DNA from: an uncultured Desulfosarcina sp.
GTDB taxonomy: Bacteria > Desulfobacterota > Desulfobacteria > Desulfobacterales > Desulfosarcinaceae
Direction of reading: 5' to 3'
Length of the DNA: 64,000 nt
Assembly (NCBI GenBank): GCA_963674945.2
Contig: CAXXWQ010000004.1
Coordinates: 2,176,001 to 2,240,000 of the forward strand
The position numbers were made by a program, and so were the translations under genes. This document shows, in pieces, positions 29,957 through 39,725 of this stretch (its first letter is position 1; each line of letters begins with the position of its first letter). Below the pieces are notes generated by a model that did not search any database, was not told the origin of the DNA, and worked only from the letters and a program-made list of their open reading frames with translations.

Positions 29957-31498
29957 ATGGAACTTTTAAGAAAACTGGGCATCGAAGAAATGAATTTCGG
30001 CGCAACGACGGGAACAAAAGGGGGCAGGATCGAGGCGACGGGGCCAAAAATCAAGTCCTATTCGCCCATCGACGGCAAGCCCATCGCAACCATCATTCAG
30101 GCCGGTCCACAGGATTACGAGACCTTGATCAGCAAGGCGCAGGAGGCCTTCGTGAGGTGGCGCAAGATGCCTGGGCCCAGTCGGGGCGCGGTGGTCCGGC
30201 AGATCGCCGATGCCCTGCGTATCCACAAGCGGGCACTTGGCAGACTGGTCTCCCTGGAGGTGGGAAAAATTCAGGCCGAAGGGGAAGGGGAAGTTCAGGA
30301 GATGATTGACATCGCGGACTTCGCCGTTGGACTGTCCCGCCAGCTTTACGGCCTGACCATGGCCTCGGAGCGGCCCCGCCACCGCATGTTCGAACAGTGG
30401 CACCCCTTAGGACCCGTGGGGGTCATCACATCCTTCAATTTTCCCGTGGCCGTGTGGTCCTGGAATGCATTCATTGCATCGGTCTGCGGAGACGTGGTCG
30501 TGTGGAAGCCCAGTTCAAAGTCGGCCCTTTGTGCGCTGGCCGTGCAGAATCTCATTGACCCCATATTGGATGCACATGACCTGTCCGGTGTATTCACCCT
30601 GGTGATCGGTTCCGGAAGGGATATCGGCGAGCTTCTCATCAACGACCGGCGTATCCCCCTGATCAGTGCCACCGGGAGCTGTGCCATGGGGAGAAAAGTC
30701 GGGCAGACCGTGGCCGCCCGTTTGGGGAGATCGATCCTTGAGCTGGGTGGCAACAACGCCATTATCATCGCCGAAGATGCGGACTTGGACCTTGCGCTAC
30801 GGGCTGTCGTGTTCGGCGCGGTGGGCACCGCCGGCCAGCGCTGCACGTCCACTCGCAGGGTCATCGTTCACCGATCGGTCAAGGATCGGTTTCTTGGTGC
30901 CCTTGCCGATGCCTACGCACAAGTCAAGGTGGGCGATCCCCTCGAACAAGACGTTCTCATGGGGCCTTTGATCGACAAGACTGCCGTCGATGTCATGATG
31001 AACACCTTACAGATGGCCGAAGCGCAAGGGGGCCGAATCGCCTTCGGAGGAAAACGGGTTGCGCCGGCCGGCCTGGAGGGCGGGCACTACGTGCAGCCCA
31101 CCATCATCGAAGCGGATAGACATTTGGCCGTCATGGGCGAAGAGACCTTTGCCCCCATCCTCTACGTTGTTGCCTACGATACAATTGAAGAGGCCATACA
31201 GATTCACAACGGGGTTGACCAAGGCCTGTCCTCGGCAATCTTCACCGACTCCTTGAGATATTCCGAGGCCTTCTTATCCCATGAGGGATCGGATTGTGGC
31301 ATTGCCAATGTGAATATCGGGACCAGCGGGGCGGAGATCGGTGGTGCCTTCGGCGGCGAGAAAGATACCGGCGGCGGACGGGAGGCCGGCTCGGACGCTT
31401 GGAAAGCCTATATGCGGCGTCAAACCAATACCATCAACTGGAGCGGTGAAATGCCTCTGGCCCAGGGCATTCGGTTCGACATATCGCCGGACGGATGA
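29957..31498 (+). CDS. Aldehyde dehydrogenase, ALDH7/alpha-aminoadipate semialdehyde dehydrogenase-like
   Basis: GGAGGAGG RBS; 'FNFPVAVWSWN', 'LELGGNN', 'AGQRCT', 'GTSGAEIGGAFGGEK'. Confidence 0.9.
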   Translation: MELLRKLGIEEMNFGATTGTKGGRIEATGPKIKSYSPIDGKPIATIIQAGPQDYETLISKAQEAFVRWRKMPGPSRGAVVRQIADALRIHKRALGRLVSLEVGKIQAEGEGEVQEMIDIADFAVGLSRQLYGLTMASERPRHRMFEQWHPLGPVGVITSFNFPVAVWSWNAFIASVCGDVVVWKPSSKSALCALAVQNLIDPILDAHDLSGVFTLVIGSGRDIGELLINDRRIPLISATGSCAMGRKVGQTVAARLGRSILELGGNNAIIIAEDADLDLALRAVVFGAVGTAGQRCTSTRRVIVHRSVKDRFLGALADAYAQVKVGDPLEQDVLMGPLIDKTAVDVMMNTLQMAEAQGGRIAFGGKRVAPAGLEGGHYVQPTIIEADRHLAVMGEETFAPILYVVAYDTIEEAIQIHNGVDQGLSSAIFTDSLRYSEAFLSHEGSDCGIANVNIGTSGAEIGGAFGGEKDTGGGREAGSDAWKAYMRRQTNTINWSGEMPLAQGIRFDISPDG

Positions 31499-31683
31499 GA
31501 AGAAAGAAGATGCGGAAACGCAATCCGTTATTCCATGGAGCATCGAACCGCCACCGATCGATTGGTAGTTCCTGCCTATCAACCGGCACCCAACCGGCTC
31601 ACATTGCGCAATCCCGTTGCTGCCGTATCTTTTGAGCAAGCAGGACAAACAACGACAGAACAATCAATTAGAGAGGTGACATC

Positions 31684-31818
31684 ATGGCCGATAATAGAAC
31701 GCAGGACTACTTTGACGACAGGAATGAAGGACACGTTGATACCCGCGAGAGAAACTTCGAGTGTGAAAACAAAGATGAACATCTGGGATGCGATCCAGGG
31801 ATCGATGTCGCGGGATAA
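31684..31818 (+). CDS. Small acidic protein (44 aa) MADNRTQDYFDDRNEGHVDTRERNFECENKDEHLGCDPGIDVAG
   Basis: GAGGTG RBS at good spacing; below ORF-track cut-off; downstream terminator in the same orientation. Confidence 0.45.
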   Translation: MADNRTQDYFDDRNEGHVDTRERNFECENKDEHLGCDPGIDVAG

Positions 31819-31836
31819 CCGAAAGGAAGGTGCCCT

Positions 31837-31929
31837 ATGGTAGGAACGATGATAACACTGGTTACGCTGGGTTACTATATCAACAGATGCATCGCCGGCC
31901 GGTCATCACAAGCCAATTGCAGGATCTGA
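31837..31929 (+). CDS. Small protein (30 aa) MVGTMITLVTLGYYINRCIAGRSSQANCRI
   Basis: AAGGAAGG RBS; follows the previous small ORF. Confidence 0.35.
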   Translation: MVGTMITLVTLGYYINRCIAGRSSQANCRI

Positions 31930-31998
31930 GGGCATGAGAAACGGCAGAGCTTCGTACCAATAGAGAAAGATATCTTGTCCGCCGAAATGGCGGTGAAC

Positions 31999-32032
31999 GG
32001 CAGAGCCTCTAACGGGGCTCTGCCTTTTTTTT
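31999..32032 (+). terminator. Rho-independent terminator
   Basis: GGCAGAGCC-loop-GGCTCTGCC followed by a T run. Confidence 0.8.
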
Positions 32033-33434
32033 AGTAGTAGCTGCTCCCATCCCAGCAATGGGTGCAAAGCGTGTTTTTGGGCAGGCCAATGGCAGTGACA
32101 AGATCTTCAAGATGCTGGTATTTCAGAGTCGTCAATCGAAGTCGTTGGCGAATGGCATCGATCATGGCCAGGTTCTTGTCCGAACCACTTCGGGCATACT
32201 GATCCAGATCGTTGTCCTCTTCGCCTTCAAGCTCCTGGATCACTTTTCTTCCGGCCAGATCCAAGGTAGAGCGGGAGGTGGAAAAGTTGAGAAATTCACA
32301 CGGATAGATCAGCGTGGGGCAGGCGGGCCTCATGTGAACCTCTTTGGCTCCGTAATCGAAGAGGATCTGGACATTATCTTTGAGCTGGGTGCCACGAACG
32401 ATAGAGTCTTCGCAAAACATCAGCCTTTGATCTTGGATGAGACGGCGTACGGGAATCAATTTCATTTGGGCCACCAGGTCACGCATCTTTTGATTTTGGG
32501 GCATGAAGCTACGCGGCCATGTGGGTGTATATTTAACAAACGGTCGCCGATAGGGAAGATGGCGATAATTGGCATACCCCAGGGCGTGACCAATACCCGA
32601 ATCTGGAATGCCGGATACGACATCCACGTCGATATTGTCCCTACGGGCCAGGGCGGCACCACAATTGTAGCGCACATTTTCCACATTGATGCCTTCGTAT
32701 TCCGAGGCTGGATAGCCGTAGTAGACCCATAAAAAGCAGCATACCTGCATCTTATCTCCCGGCGGGAGGCGCTGTTCCCATCCGTCAGCAGTTATGAACA
32801 CTGTTTCGCCGGGGCCCAAAAAATGTTCGACTTCGAATCCAAGGTTGGGAAAGGCACAGGTCTCACACGTCACGGCAAAGGCTCCGTCACGGCGACCCAG
32901 TATTAATGCCGTGCGACCCAATCGATCCCGGGCCGCATAGATCCCTTTGTCCGTCAGGAGCAAAAATGAACAGGATCCTTTAATGGATGCTTGGGCGCGT
33001 TGTATACCGGCCTCGAAGCTATCCTCCTGGCAAATCAGCATGGCCACGACTTCTGTGGGATTCGTAATACCGTTGGTGGTATCGGAAAAATATCTCTTTT
33101 GGGCAAAGGCCTTGTCTACCAGTTCTTCCATATTTTTGATTCGGCCGACGGTAACGATACCGAATGTGCCGAGATGAGATCCGATGATGAGGGGTTGCGG
33201 GTCTGTGTCGCTGATCACACCGATGCCCTGCCTGCCTTGGAATTTTGTGAGATCGGATTCGAATTTCGTACGAAAATAGCTGTTTTCGATGTTATGGATT
33301 GCACGGTGGAGGCCCTGGGTATTTCGCACAGCCATCCCGCCTCGTTTGGTTCCCAGATGAGAGTGATAATCCGTACCGTAGTATATGTCAGCGACACAAT
33401 CCGAAGTGGAAACCACGCCAAACAATCCGCCCAT
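32031..33434 (-). CDS. purF: Amidophosphoribosyltransferase (variant starting MGG, without the N-terminal Cys)
   Basis: 'RDRLG', 'GIPDSG', PRPP loop 'EDSIVRGT', Fe-S Cys 'CP..CEF..CTHC'. Confidence 0.9.
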   Translation of the reverse strand: MGGLFGVVSTSDCVADIYYGTDYHSHLGTKRGGMAVRNTQGLHRAIHNIENSYFRTKFESDLTKFQGRQGIGVISDTDPQPLIIGSHLGTFGIVTVGRIKNMEELVDKAFAQKRYFSDTTNGITNPTEVVAMLICQEDSFEAGIQRAQASIKGSCSFLLLTDKGIYAARDRLGRTALILGRRDGAFAVTCETCAFPNLGFEVEHFLGPGETVFITADGWEQRLPPGDKMQVCCFLWVYYGYPASEYEGINVENVRYNCGAALARRDNIDVDVVSGIPDSGIGHALGYANYRHLPYRRPFVKYTPTWPRSFMPQNQKMRDLVAQMKLIPVRRLIQDQRLMFCEDSIVRGTQLKDNVQILFDYGAKEVHMRPACPTLIYPCEFLNFSTSRSTLDLAGRKVIQELEGEEDNDLDQYARSGSDKNLAMIDAIRQRLRLTTLKYQHLEDLVTAIGLPKNTLCTHCWDGSSYY

Positions 33435-33761
33435 TTTTCATCTCTCCCTTTTATCTGACTTCTTCAGATCCTATCGGTTATTCAACCAAGGTTCGGATCC
33501 GTTTCTGTCCCATTTTTTTCCAGAAGATGTCATGCTATGCTGGATATCGCTTCTGGGAAAACAGGCAGCCACAAAGGCATCACCCTTTGGTTATGGTCCT
33601 GGGATCTTGGCCGTGATCCTCCCACGAGAAAGGAATCCTTAAAAAAAGTGGGAAAATTAAAATAGCAGGAAAGGCCTACCACGTAAAGTCTTTCGCCAGG
33701 GAAAAGCCGATCTTTCTTTTCATGCTACGTCCCCCATTTCCCCTGATGTGTTTCCAAAGCA

Positions 33762-34790
33762 TCATCCCACCGCAAGCCCCTCGTCGATCCGCGCAAGGAC
33801 GATAGGCTTCTCATCGGGGAATTTGTAACCCTCGTAATCATGGCTGAACAGCAGGCGGCCCCGACGGTCTTTCCAGTGGTTTCCCATGTGGTCGAAGGAA
33901 ACCCGGCCGGTGAAGGTAAGTTCCTCCATGGTCAGACGGAGCTCTTCAAGTTGTTGGCGGGGTGAGAGCAGAAAGAGGTGCCGATCGGCCACCTCCTGGG
34001 CGATGGGGGTACCGGGCCAGGGACGAAAAGGGCGGGATCGCATGTAGTGAGGATTGATCTGGTTGATCACATAGGCCGTGTTTCGGGCATGCTGCTTCCA
34101 TCGTTTCGCACCTCCCAAACCGGGCATCCAGTATTCCGACAGCTGGAATCCCGCTGCCAGAGCCTTCTTCCCTGCATCGATGTGAACCTCGGCACCGGCA
34201 CCTTTTCGAACATTTTTTAAAATCTCGTCATCCCCGCTCTCCAATCCCACATGCAGCCGGTTCAGGCCGGCCTCACAGATGGCAGTGAGATCGTCAACAG
34301 ACTTTTGCATCACGGTTTTGGATCGCGCGTAGGTGGTGACCCGGACGATAGAGGGAAAGGTATTGCGAAGATATCGCAGCGTTTCTACCAGCTGATCTGT
34401 TTTCATGATCACGCTGTTGGCATCCTGCAGAAATGCTGTTTGGCCTCCGGAAATCAACCAGTGGTAGAGCATGGCAAAACCCTGGTGGTCATTCAGGTGG
34501 GGATGTTCTTCGATGAGTGCGATAGCGGCCTTATGGAAAATCTCACCGCCATGCCCCAACTGTTTCGCCAGTGACGTCAAATCGTCGCGCACCGCCGCCA
34601 TGGCATCGATGTCCCGCTTGATCTCGTCAACCGGTCTTACCTGGAATGTTTCGGTCTTGTACATTCCGCAGAAGGTACATCGGTTCCAGGGGCAATTGCG
34701 GGTGAATCGAACCAGGAGGGAGTTGCTGCCCCCTTCGCTGGGTGGGCGATAGATGCCCGTTTCGAAATGATATTTCTCAATTGTATTCAT
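33762..34790 (-). CDS. Radical SAM protein
   Basis: 'IYRPPSE', 'CPWNRCTFC', 'GLESG'. Confidence 0.88.
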   Translation of the reverse strand: MNTIEKYHFETGIYRPPSEGGSNSLLVRFTRNCPWNRCTFCGMYKTETFQVRPVDEIKRDIDAMAAVRDDLTSLAKQLGHGGEIFHKAAIALIEEHPHLNDHQGFAMLYHWLISGGQTAFLQDANSVIMKTDQLVETLRYLRNTFPSIVRVTTYARSKTVMQKSVDDLTAICEAGLNRLHVGLESGDDEILKNVRKGAGAEVHIDAGKKALAAGFQLSEYWMPGLGGAKRWKQHARNTAYVINQINPHYMRSRPFRPWPGTPIAQEVADRHLFLLSPRQQLEELRLTMEELTFTGRVSFDHMGNHWKDRRGRLLFSHDYEGYKFPDEKPIVLARIDEGLAVG

Positions 34791-35039
34791 CGTCTTCTTT
34801 CCCTGGGGGATTAAATTAGCACTTTCAATTTCGTACTTCAACCCATGGTTCGGTATGTCCAGGACAACTGTATCGGAATTCGATGCGTGTACCGTGATCT
34901 GCCTGGATCTTCCACTCGCCGGAGATGGACAGATTTTTCCCGATGTTATGAGCCAATCCCGTGATTGACTCAAAAGACCAGTAATGCAATAATTTATGCC
35001 AATATTGAAAACAGCGGTTTATTCTGGAGGGTGCATGCA

Positions 35040-35939
35040 ATGAGATCAAAAAGGCGTTACACAGATGAAAAGGGATCAATACTATGGTGGGTTCTGATCA
35101 TTCTGGTCGTTGTGATTGTCGCGGCGGTTGCCGCCGTCAAATTTTTGCCCAGCACTTCTTCACCACCTGTCGTTGCTCGGATGAAGGTTCCCCCCATGCC
35201 CACGTCCGCCCCCCCCTCGACCGAAACGACTGTGAAAGGATCGGCGGTCGCCGAAGAGGAGTCGACCGCCGATTTGCCTCAGGGTGATCAAGAGGACGCC
35301 GACGCAACTGTGATGGCCCAGGATTCTTCACCGCAAGAGACCGAATCCGAACAGGCATCTGTAACCACGGTTGCCGATGTCGAACTTTCGAAGGCATCTT
35401 CTGAAACGGCGCCGGCGCCCGCCCCCGCCCCCGGTGCCGAAACCACATCGGAGCCAACACCTGCGTCGGAAGATGAAAGTGTGCAAACCCAAACAGCCGA
35501 TGGAGAAAAACAAACCCAAAGCATGGTAATGGCGACACAGGAACGACCGATGGAAAAGGACGAACCGGAACCTGCAACAGCACCGGAGCAGAGCGATTCC
35601 ACGGATGAACCGAAGACCACGGCGGTCAATTCTCCGGAGGTTGCAACGGAAACCGTGGCAACCAAGGATGAAATACCGGAAGCAGACACATCTGAAGAGA
35701 AGCCCACACGCTATACCATACAGGTGGGTGTATTTCGGAACAAGGCATATGCCGAGAGGAAGGTCGAGGCGATGGAACAGATCGGCTACGACTCTTTTCT
35801 CTCTCCCGTCGTCGGTACGAATGATGAAACTCTTTTTCTGGTTTGTTTCGGCAAATTTCAGAAAAAAAGTGACGCGTTAGCAGCAGCGGTGGAATTTTCG
35901 GAAAAAGAGAACATGAAGGCGGTGGTGACAAACTACTGA
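35040..35939 (+). CDS. SPOR-domain protein (TM anchor, long acidic linker)
   Basis: C-terminal 'YTIQVGVFRNKAYA...V.FGKF..K..A'. Confidence 0.8.
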   Translation: MRSKRRYTDEKGSILWWVLIILVVVIVAAVAAVKFLPSTSSPPVVARMKVPPMPTSAPPSTETTVKGSAVAEEESTADLPQGDQEDADATVMAQDSSPQETESEQASVTTVADVELSKASSETAPAPAPAPGAETTSEPTPASEDESVQTQTADGEKQTQSMVMATQERPMEKDEPEPATAPEQSDSTDEPKTTAVNSPEVATETVATKDEIPEADTSEEKPTRYTIQVGVFRNKAYAERKVEAMEQIGYDSFLSPVVGTNDETLFLVCFGKFQKKSDALAAAVEFSEKENMKAVVTNY

Positions 35940-35963
35940 TTCTCTCTTACCTCTTGCGGTAAC

Positions 35964-36716
35964 ATGAATATCGATAAATTGCCAATTCCTTTGTTCATCG
36001 CCCACCGGGGCATCCGGCACCGATTTCCAGAAAACACGATCGCCTCCTTCCAAGGCGCTATGGACGCCGGCGCCCACATGATCGAATTGGATCTTTGCCT
36101 CACCAAGGATCGGCAGCTGGTGGTCATTCACGACGAAACCGTGGACCGAACCACCAACGGGAGCGGAAGGGTCCGCCTCCTCACCATGGAAGCGCTGGCG
36201 CAATTGGATGCGGGAAGCTGGTTCGACCCGAGATTCAGCGGCGAGCGACTGCCCACCCTGGCCCAGGTATTGGCCTTGGCCAAAGGGAAAATCCTGGTCA
36301 ACATCGAAATCAAACCAGAGGCCTTCGAAGTCCACGGGCCGAAAGATGCCATCGAACGTCAGGTGCTGGAACTGGTTCGCTCCCAACAGATGGAAGAGGA
36401 CGTACTGATTTCCAGTTTTCAATGGCAGGTGCTGAAACGAATGCGAAAGATTGCACCGAACATTGCCTTGGGCCTGCTTTCTAACATCCCTGCCGACGAT
36501 CGGCTATTTTCCTGGCACCGAAAAATCCAAGGATTTTCGTGGCATCCGGACTATCGGGTAGTGACCCGCCCGCAGGTGGAAATCCTGCACCAGATGGGTG
36601 CAAAGGTCTTTCCCTATGCAGTGAACGGCCGGATCGATACACACCGGTTGCGGGAAATGGGGGTGGACGGACTGATGGTGGATGACCCCGATCAGATGGC
36701 CGTCTCTTCGATCTGA
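35964..36716 (+). CDS. Glycerophosphodiester phosphodiesterase
   Basis: 'AHRG', 'PENT', 'ELD', 'HD..VDRTT', 'NIEIK'. Confidence 0.92.
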   Translation: MNIDKLPIPLFIAHRGIRHRFPENTIASFQGAMDAGAHMIELDLCLTKDRQLVVIHDETVDRTTNGSGRVRLLTMEALAQLDAGSWFDPRFSGERLPTLAQVLALAKGKILVNIEIKPEAFEVHGPKDAIERQVLELVRSQQMEEDVLISSFQWQVLKRMRKIAPNIALGLLSNIPADDRLFSWHRKIQGFSWHPDYRVVTRPQVEILHQMGAKVFPYAVNGRIDTHRLREMGVDGLMVDDPDQMAVSSI

Positions 36717-36766
36717 ATTGACGACTGATTACGAGTTCATCAAATTTATGCAAGGAACAATGAACC

Positions 36767-37843
36767 ATGGGACGCTATCTTCTGCTGGATATCGGTGCTG
36801 GCACGCTGGATATGCTCTACTATGACACGGACCATGATCTCCACTACAAGGCTGTGGTCCGGTCCCCGGTACGGGCGCTGGCCGATCGGATTGAACAAAC
36901 ATCCGGAAACCTGGTGGTAACGGGCGGTGAAATGGGTGGCGGACCGGTCTCCCAGGCGCTGTGCAGCCGTGCCACAACCAACGAGGTGGTGATGACCGAA
37001 TCCGCCGCGGCCACCATCCACCATGACCGAAAGCGGGTGATCGACCGGAAAATCCGGGTGATTGGTGAGAACGAAGCGGACTCGTTGATAGGCGATCCCC
37101 GTTTTACCCATGTGGTCACCGGGGATCTTCAAACGGAGCGGATCAGATCCATCGTTTCAGGATTCGGGGTTCCCTTCGAATTCGATGCGGTGGCCATATG
37201 CGCCCAGGACCATGGTGTGCCGCCGCCCGGAGTCTCCCATCTGGATTTCCGGCACCGTATGTTTACGGCGGCCTTGGATGAAAATCCGGTTCCCCAGGCG
37301 CTGTTATACCGTTTCGATGAAGTTCCGCAGCCGATGAATCGGCTTTCCACCATCGCCAGGGACGCGCAACACTTGCCCACCGAAAAGGTGTATGTGATGG
37401 ATTCGGGCATGGCGGCAATCCTCGGTGCATCCAGGGACAACCTCATTGCCGACCAACGTCGTGTTCTGGTTTTGGACATCGCCACCTCCCACACCGTGGG
37501 TGCCGCGATGGAAGATGGGAAGTTGTGCGGCTTCTTCGAGTATCATACCATGGATGTAACAGCCGCACGTCTGGATCAACTCCTGATGGACCTTGCCGAC
37601 GGCAGACTCGTCCATGAAAAAATACTCCAAGAGGGGGGCCACGGCGCGTATACGCGTTACTCTTTTGGATATGATGGTGTGGAGTGTATACTCGCCACGG
37701 GACCACGACGGGCATTGGCCACGGCCTGCACCCTTCCCATCAATTACGGCGCCCCCTGGGGAGACAACATGATGACCGGAACCGTGGGGTTGCTGGAGGC
37801 GGTGCGGTCAAGGGAGGGGTTGACACCCATCGGTTTTATCTGA
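36767..37843 (+). CDS. DUF1786-like (actin-fold) protein
   Basis: 'DIGAGT.D', 'QDHG', 'FEYHT', 'GGHG', 'TGPRR', 'PWGDNMMTG'. Confidence 0.7.
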   Translation: MGRYLLLDIGAGTLDMLYYDTDHDLHYKAVVRSPVRALADRIEQTSGNLVVTGGEMGGGPVSQALCSRATTNEVVMTESAAATIHHDRKRVIDRKIRVIGENEADSLIGDPRFTHVVTGDLQTERIRSIVSGFGVPFEFDAVAICAQDHGVPPPGVSHLDFRHRMFTAALDENPVPQALLYRFDEVPQPMNRLSTIARDAQHLPTEKVYVMDSGMAAILGASRDNLIADQRRVLVLDIATSHTVGAAMEDGKLCGFFEYHTMDVTAARLDQLLMDLADGRLVHEKILQEGGHGAYTRYSFGYDGVECILATGPRRALATACTLPINYGAPWGDNMMTGTVGLLEAVRSREGLTPIGFI

Positions 37844-38390
37844 TGCGTTTTTCATCGGACCGTCATGGCTGGATGATGTGAAGTAAAACCGGGCATAGAG
37901 GATACGGTTTTGGACCCCTTGCAGAAAAAGGAATACACTGCGACCACGGAAAACCACAGGAGTCATACGTGAAGCCGGAATAAAACGGTACCCTCATCAC
38001 CAAGAGCCAGGATCTGGTCTATCGAACGCGACATTGGTTTGTCGAACCGGAGTAGCTTATTGAAAAATTAAGGTTTGAACATACAAAGAGAAAAAGAATA
38101 CTCAATATTTGCTGCAATTCTAACAATTGCCATCACTGAGTTGATAAAGATATGTTCCGATAACCTGACGTTTTTAAGCTGAATATTTTATGTATTATTT
38201 TACCTGTTTAATGGGTAATTAATTCCATATTGTCCATAAAATTTCTACAATATGGCAATGATAATAAATCTTTTCGTATTCCCTTATCAACCGTATTTTT
38301 GACTATCGGAATATCTTTTGAAATTCTTTTCCAGAAATTAGGAATAATATCAAATCACAATAAAACTTACTAATTATGTACATTTGCGTA

Positions 38391-38406
38391 TGGCATTCTC
38401 TTTGCT
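38391..38406 (+). promoter_or_regulatory. sigma54 promoter in a long AT-rich intergenic region
   Basis: TGGCATTCTCTTTGCT, GG-N10-GC. Confidence 0.55.
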
Positions 38407-38738
38407 TATCATGATACGGGGTTTCAAATAAAGTTCTAATTTGATGCTTCCCCCCCTGAAATACTATTTAACTGTCTTCTGAAAATTACATTTCTTTTGA
38501 GGTTTTAATGCTGCGGCACGTACGGATTCGCCTATTGTTAGGAATTGCGCTGTGTTCAGTCTGACATTGGAAAATACTTTCATTATGAGAAACCCCCAAA
38601 CCTGCTGAAAAGCGGGGATGGAAGGAAAAGTTAATATGAAAACGTAGTTCATCCCTAACGCGTTAATAAAGTGTAGATACGAATCTTTCGAAACGAGAAA
38701 GCGACAATGGTCCTACGAATGAATTGAGAGAATGAAAG

Positions 38739-39578
38739 ATGAAGAGGTTTCCCCGAAAGAGAGTGGTGATCACCGGTGCGGGATCTGGCTTGGGACGCGC
38801 CATGTCCATCGAATTTGCCAAACTGGGATGGAGGGTTTGCATATCGGATATCAATCCGGAACGGGCGGAACAGACCCGGACACTTGTAGAAAAAAGCGGT
38901 GGAACGCCGCTTGTGATCGATTGTGATGTCACCCGCCCCGAACAACTGGAAGCATTGGCCGGGGCACTGGAAAAACAATGGGGCGGGGTCGATGTGGTGA
39001 TCAACAACGCCGGTGTGGCAGCTGCCGGTTACATGGAGAAGATCGCGCTGGAGACCTGGGACTGGATCATCGCCCTAAACCTCAAGAGTGTGATTTATAG
39101 TTGCCGCAGTTTTATTCCAATGCTCGAAAAACAGGGCGGCGGGCATATTGTCAACGTGGCCTCCAATGCAGGCATTGCCAGCCTGCCTGAGATGAGTTGC
39201 TACAATGTTACCAAAGCAGGCGTGATATCCTTGTCCGAAACGCTACGGAGCGAGTTGGCCGACAGGAAAATCGGCGTATCGGTGGTGGCCCCCTCTTTTT
39301 TTAAGACCAACCTCATGGACCAGTTTTCTTCCCCTGATCCGCGTCAACGGAAAATGGCCAATGCTTTTTTTGATAGATCCAGGGCGACCTCAAAAGATGT
39401 CGCCAAGGATGCCATCAGGGCAGTAAGAAAGAACAGGCTCTATGTGATCACCCAGATGGATGGGAAATTTGCCTGGATTTGCAAACGAATGACGCCAAGG
39501 CTCTATTTCAGGGTGCTGAGTTGGATATACAAAATGGGGCTGGGGGATCGCTATCTTGGCACGCCCAAAGCAGCCTGA
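38739..39578 (+). CDS. SDR family oxidoreductase
   Basis: 'TGAGSGLG', 'NNAG', 'YNVTK'. Confidence 0.92.
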   Translation: MKRFPRKRVVITGAGSGLGRAMSIEFAKLGWRVCISDINPERAEQTRTLVEKSGGTPLVIDCDVTRPEQLEALAGALEKQWGGVDVVINNAGVAAAGYMEKIALETWDWIIALNLKSVIYSCRSFIPMLEKQGGGHIVNVASNAGIASLPEMSCYNVTKAGVISLSETLRSELADRKIGVSVVAPSFFKTNLMDQFSSPDPRQRKMANAFFDRSRATSKDVAKDAIRAVRKNRLYVITQMDGKFAWICKRMTPRLYFRVLSWIYKMGLGDRYLGTPKAA

Positions 39579-39725
39579 GAGTATGATCGGCCGTGAATGG
39601 GAGTGCCACACTTCCCTATGGAGCACATGTCATAAAATTATTCTGTCGAGGCTTGTTAGCAATCCACAAAAAGTCGAAAATCCGGATCGGTTTCAGAAAA
39701 TCAGGTCGTATGTAATCTTTAATAT

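Noticed and set aside
33440..33750. Purine, ZTP or PRPP riboswitch upstream of purF
   Set aside because: Only generic hairpins (CAAAGG/CCTTTG, CCAGAAG/CTTCTGG); no recognisable aptamer core
34985..35001. Possible sigma54 site TGGCATAAATTATTGCA upstream of the radical SAM gene
   Set aside because: GG-to-GC spacing is 11 nt, not the required 10
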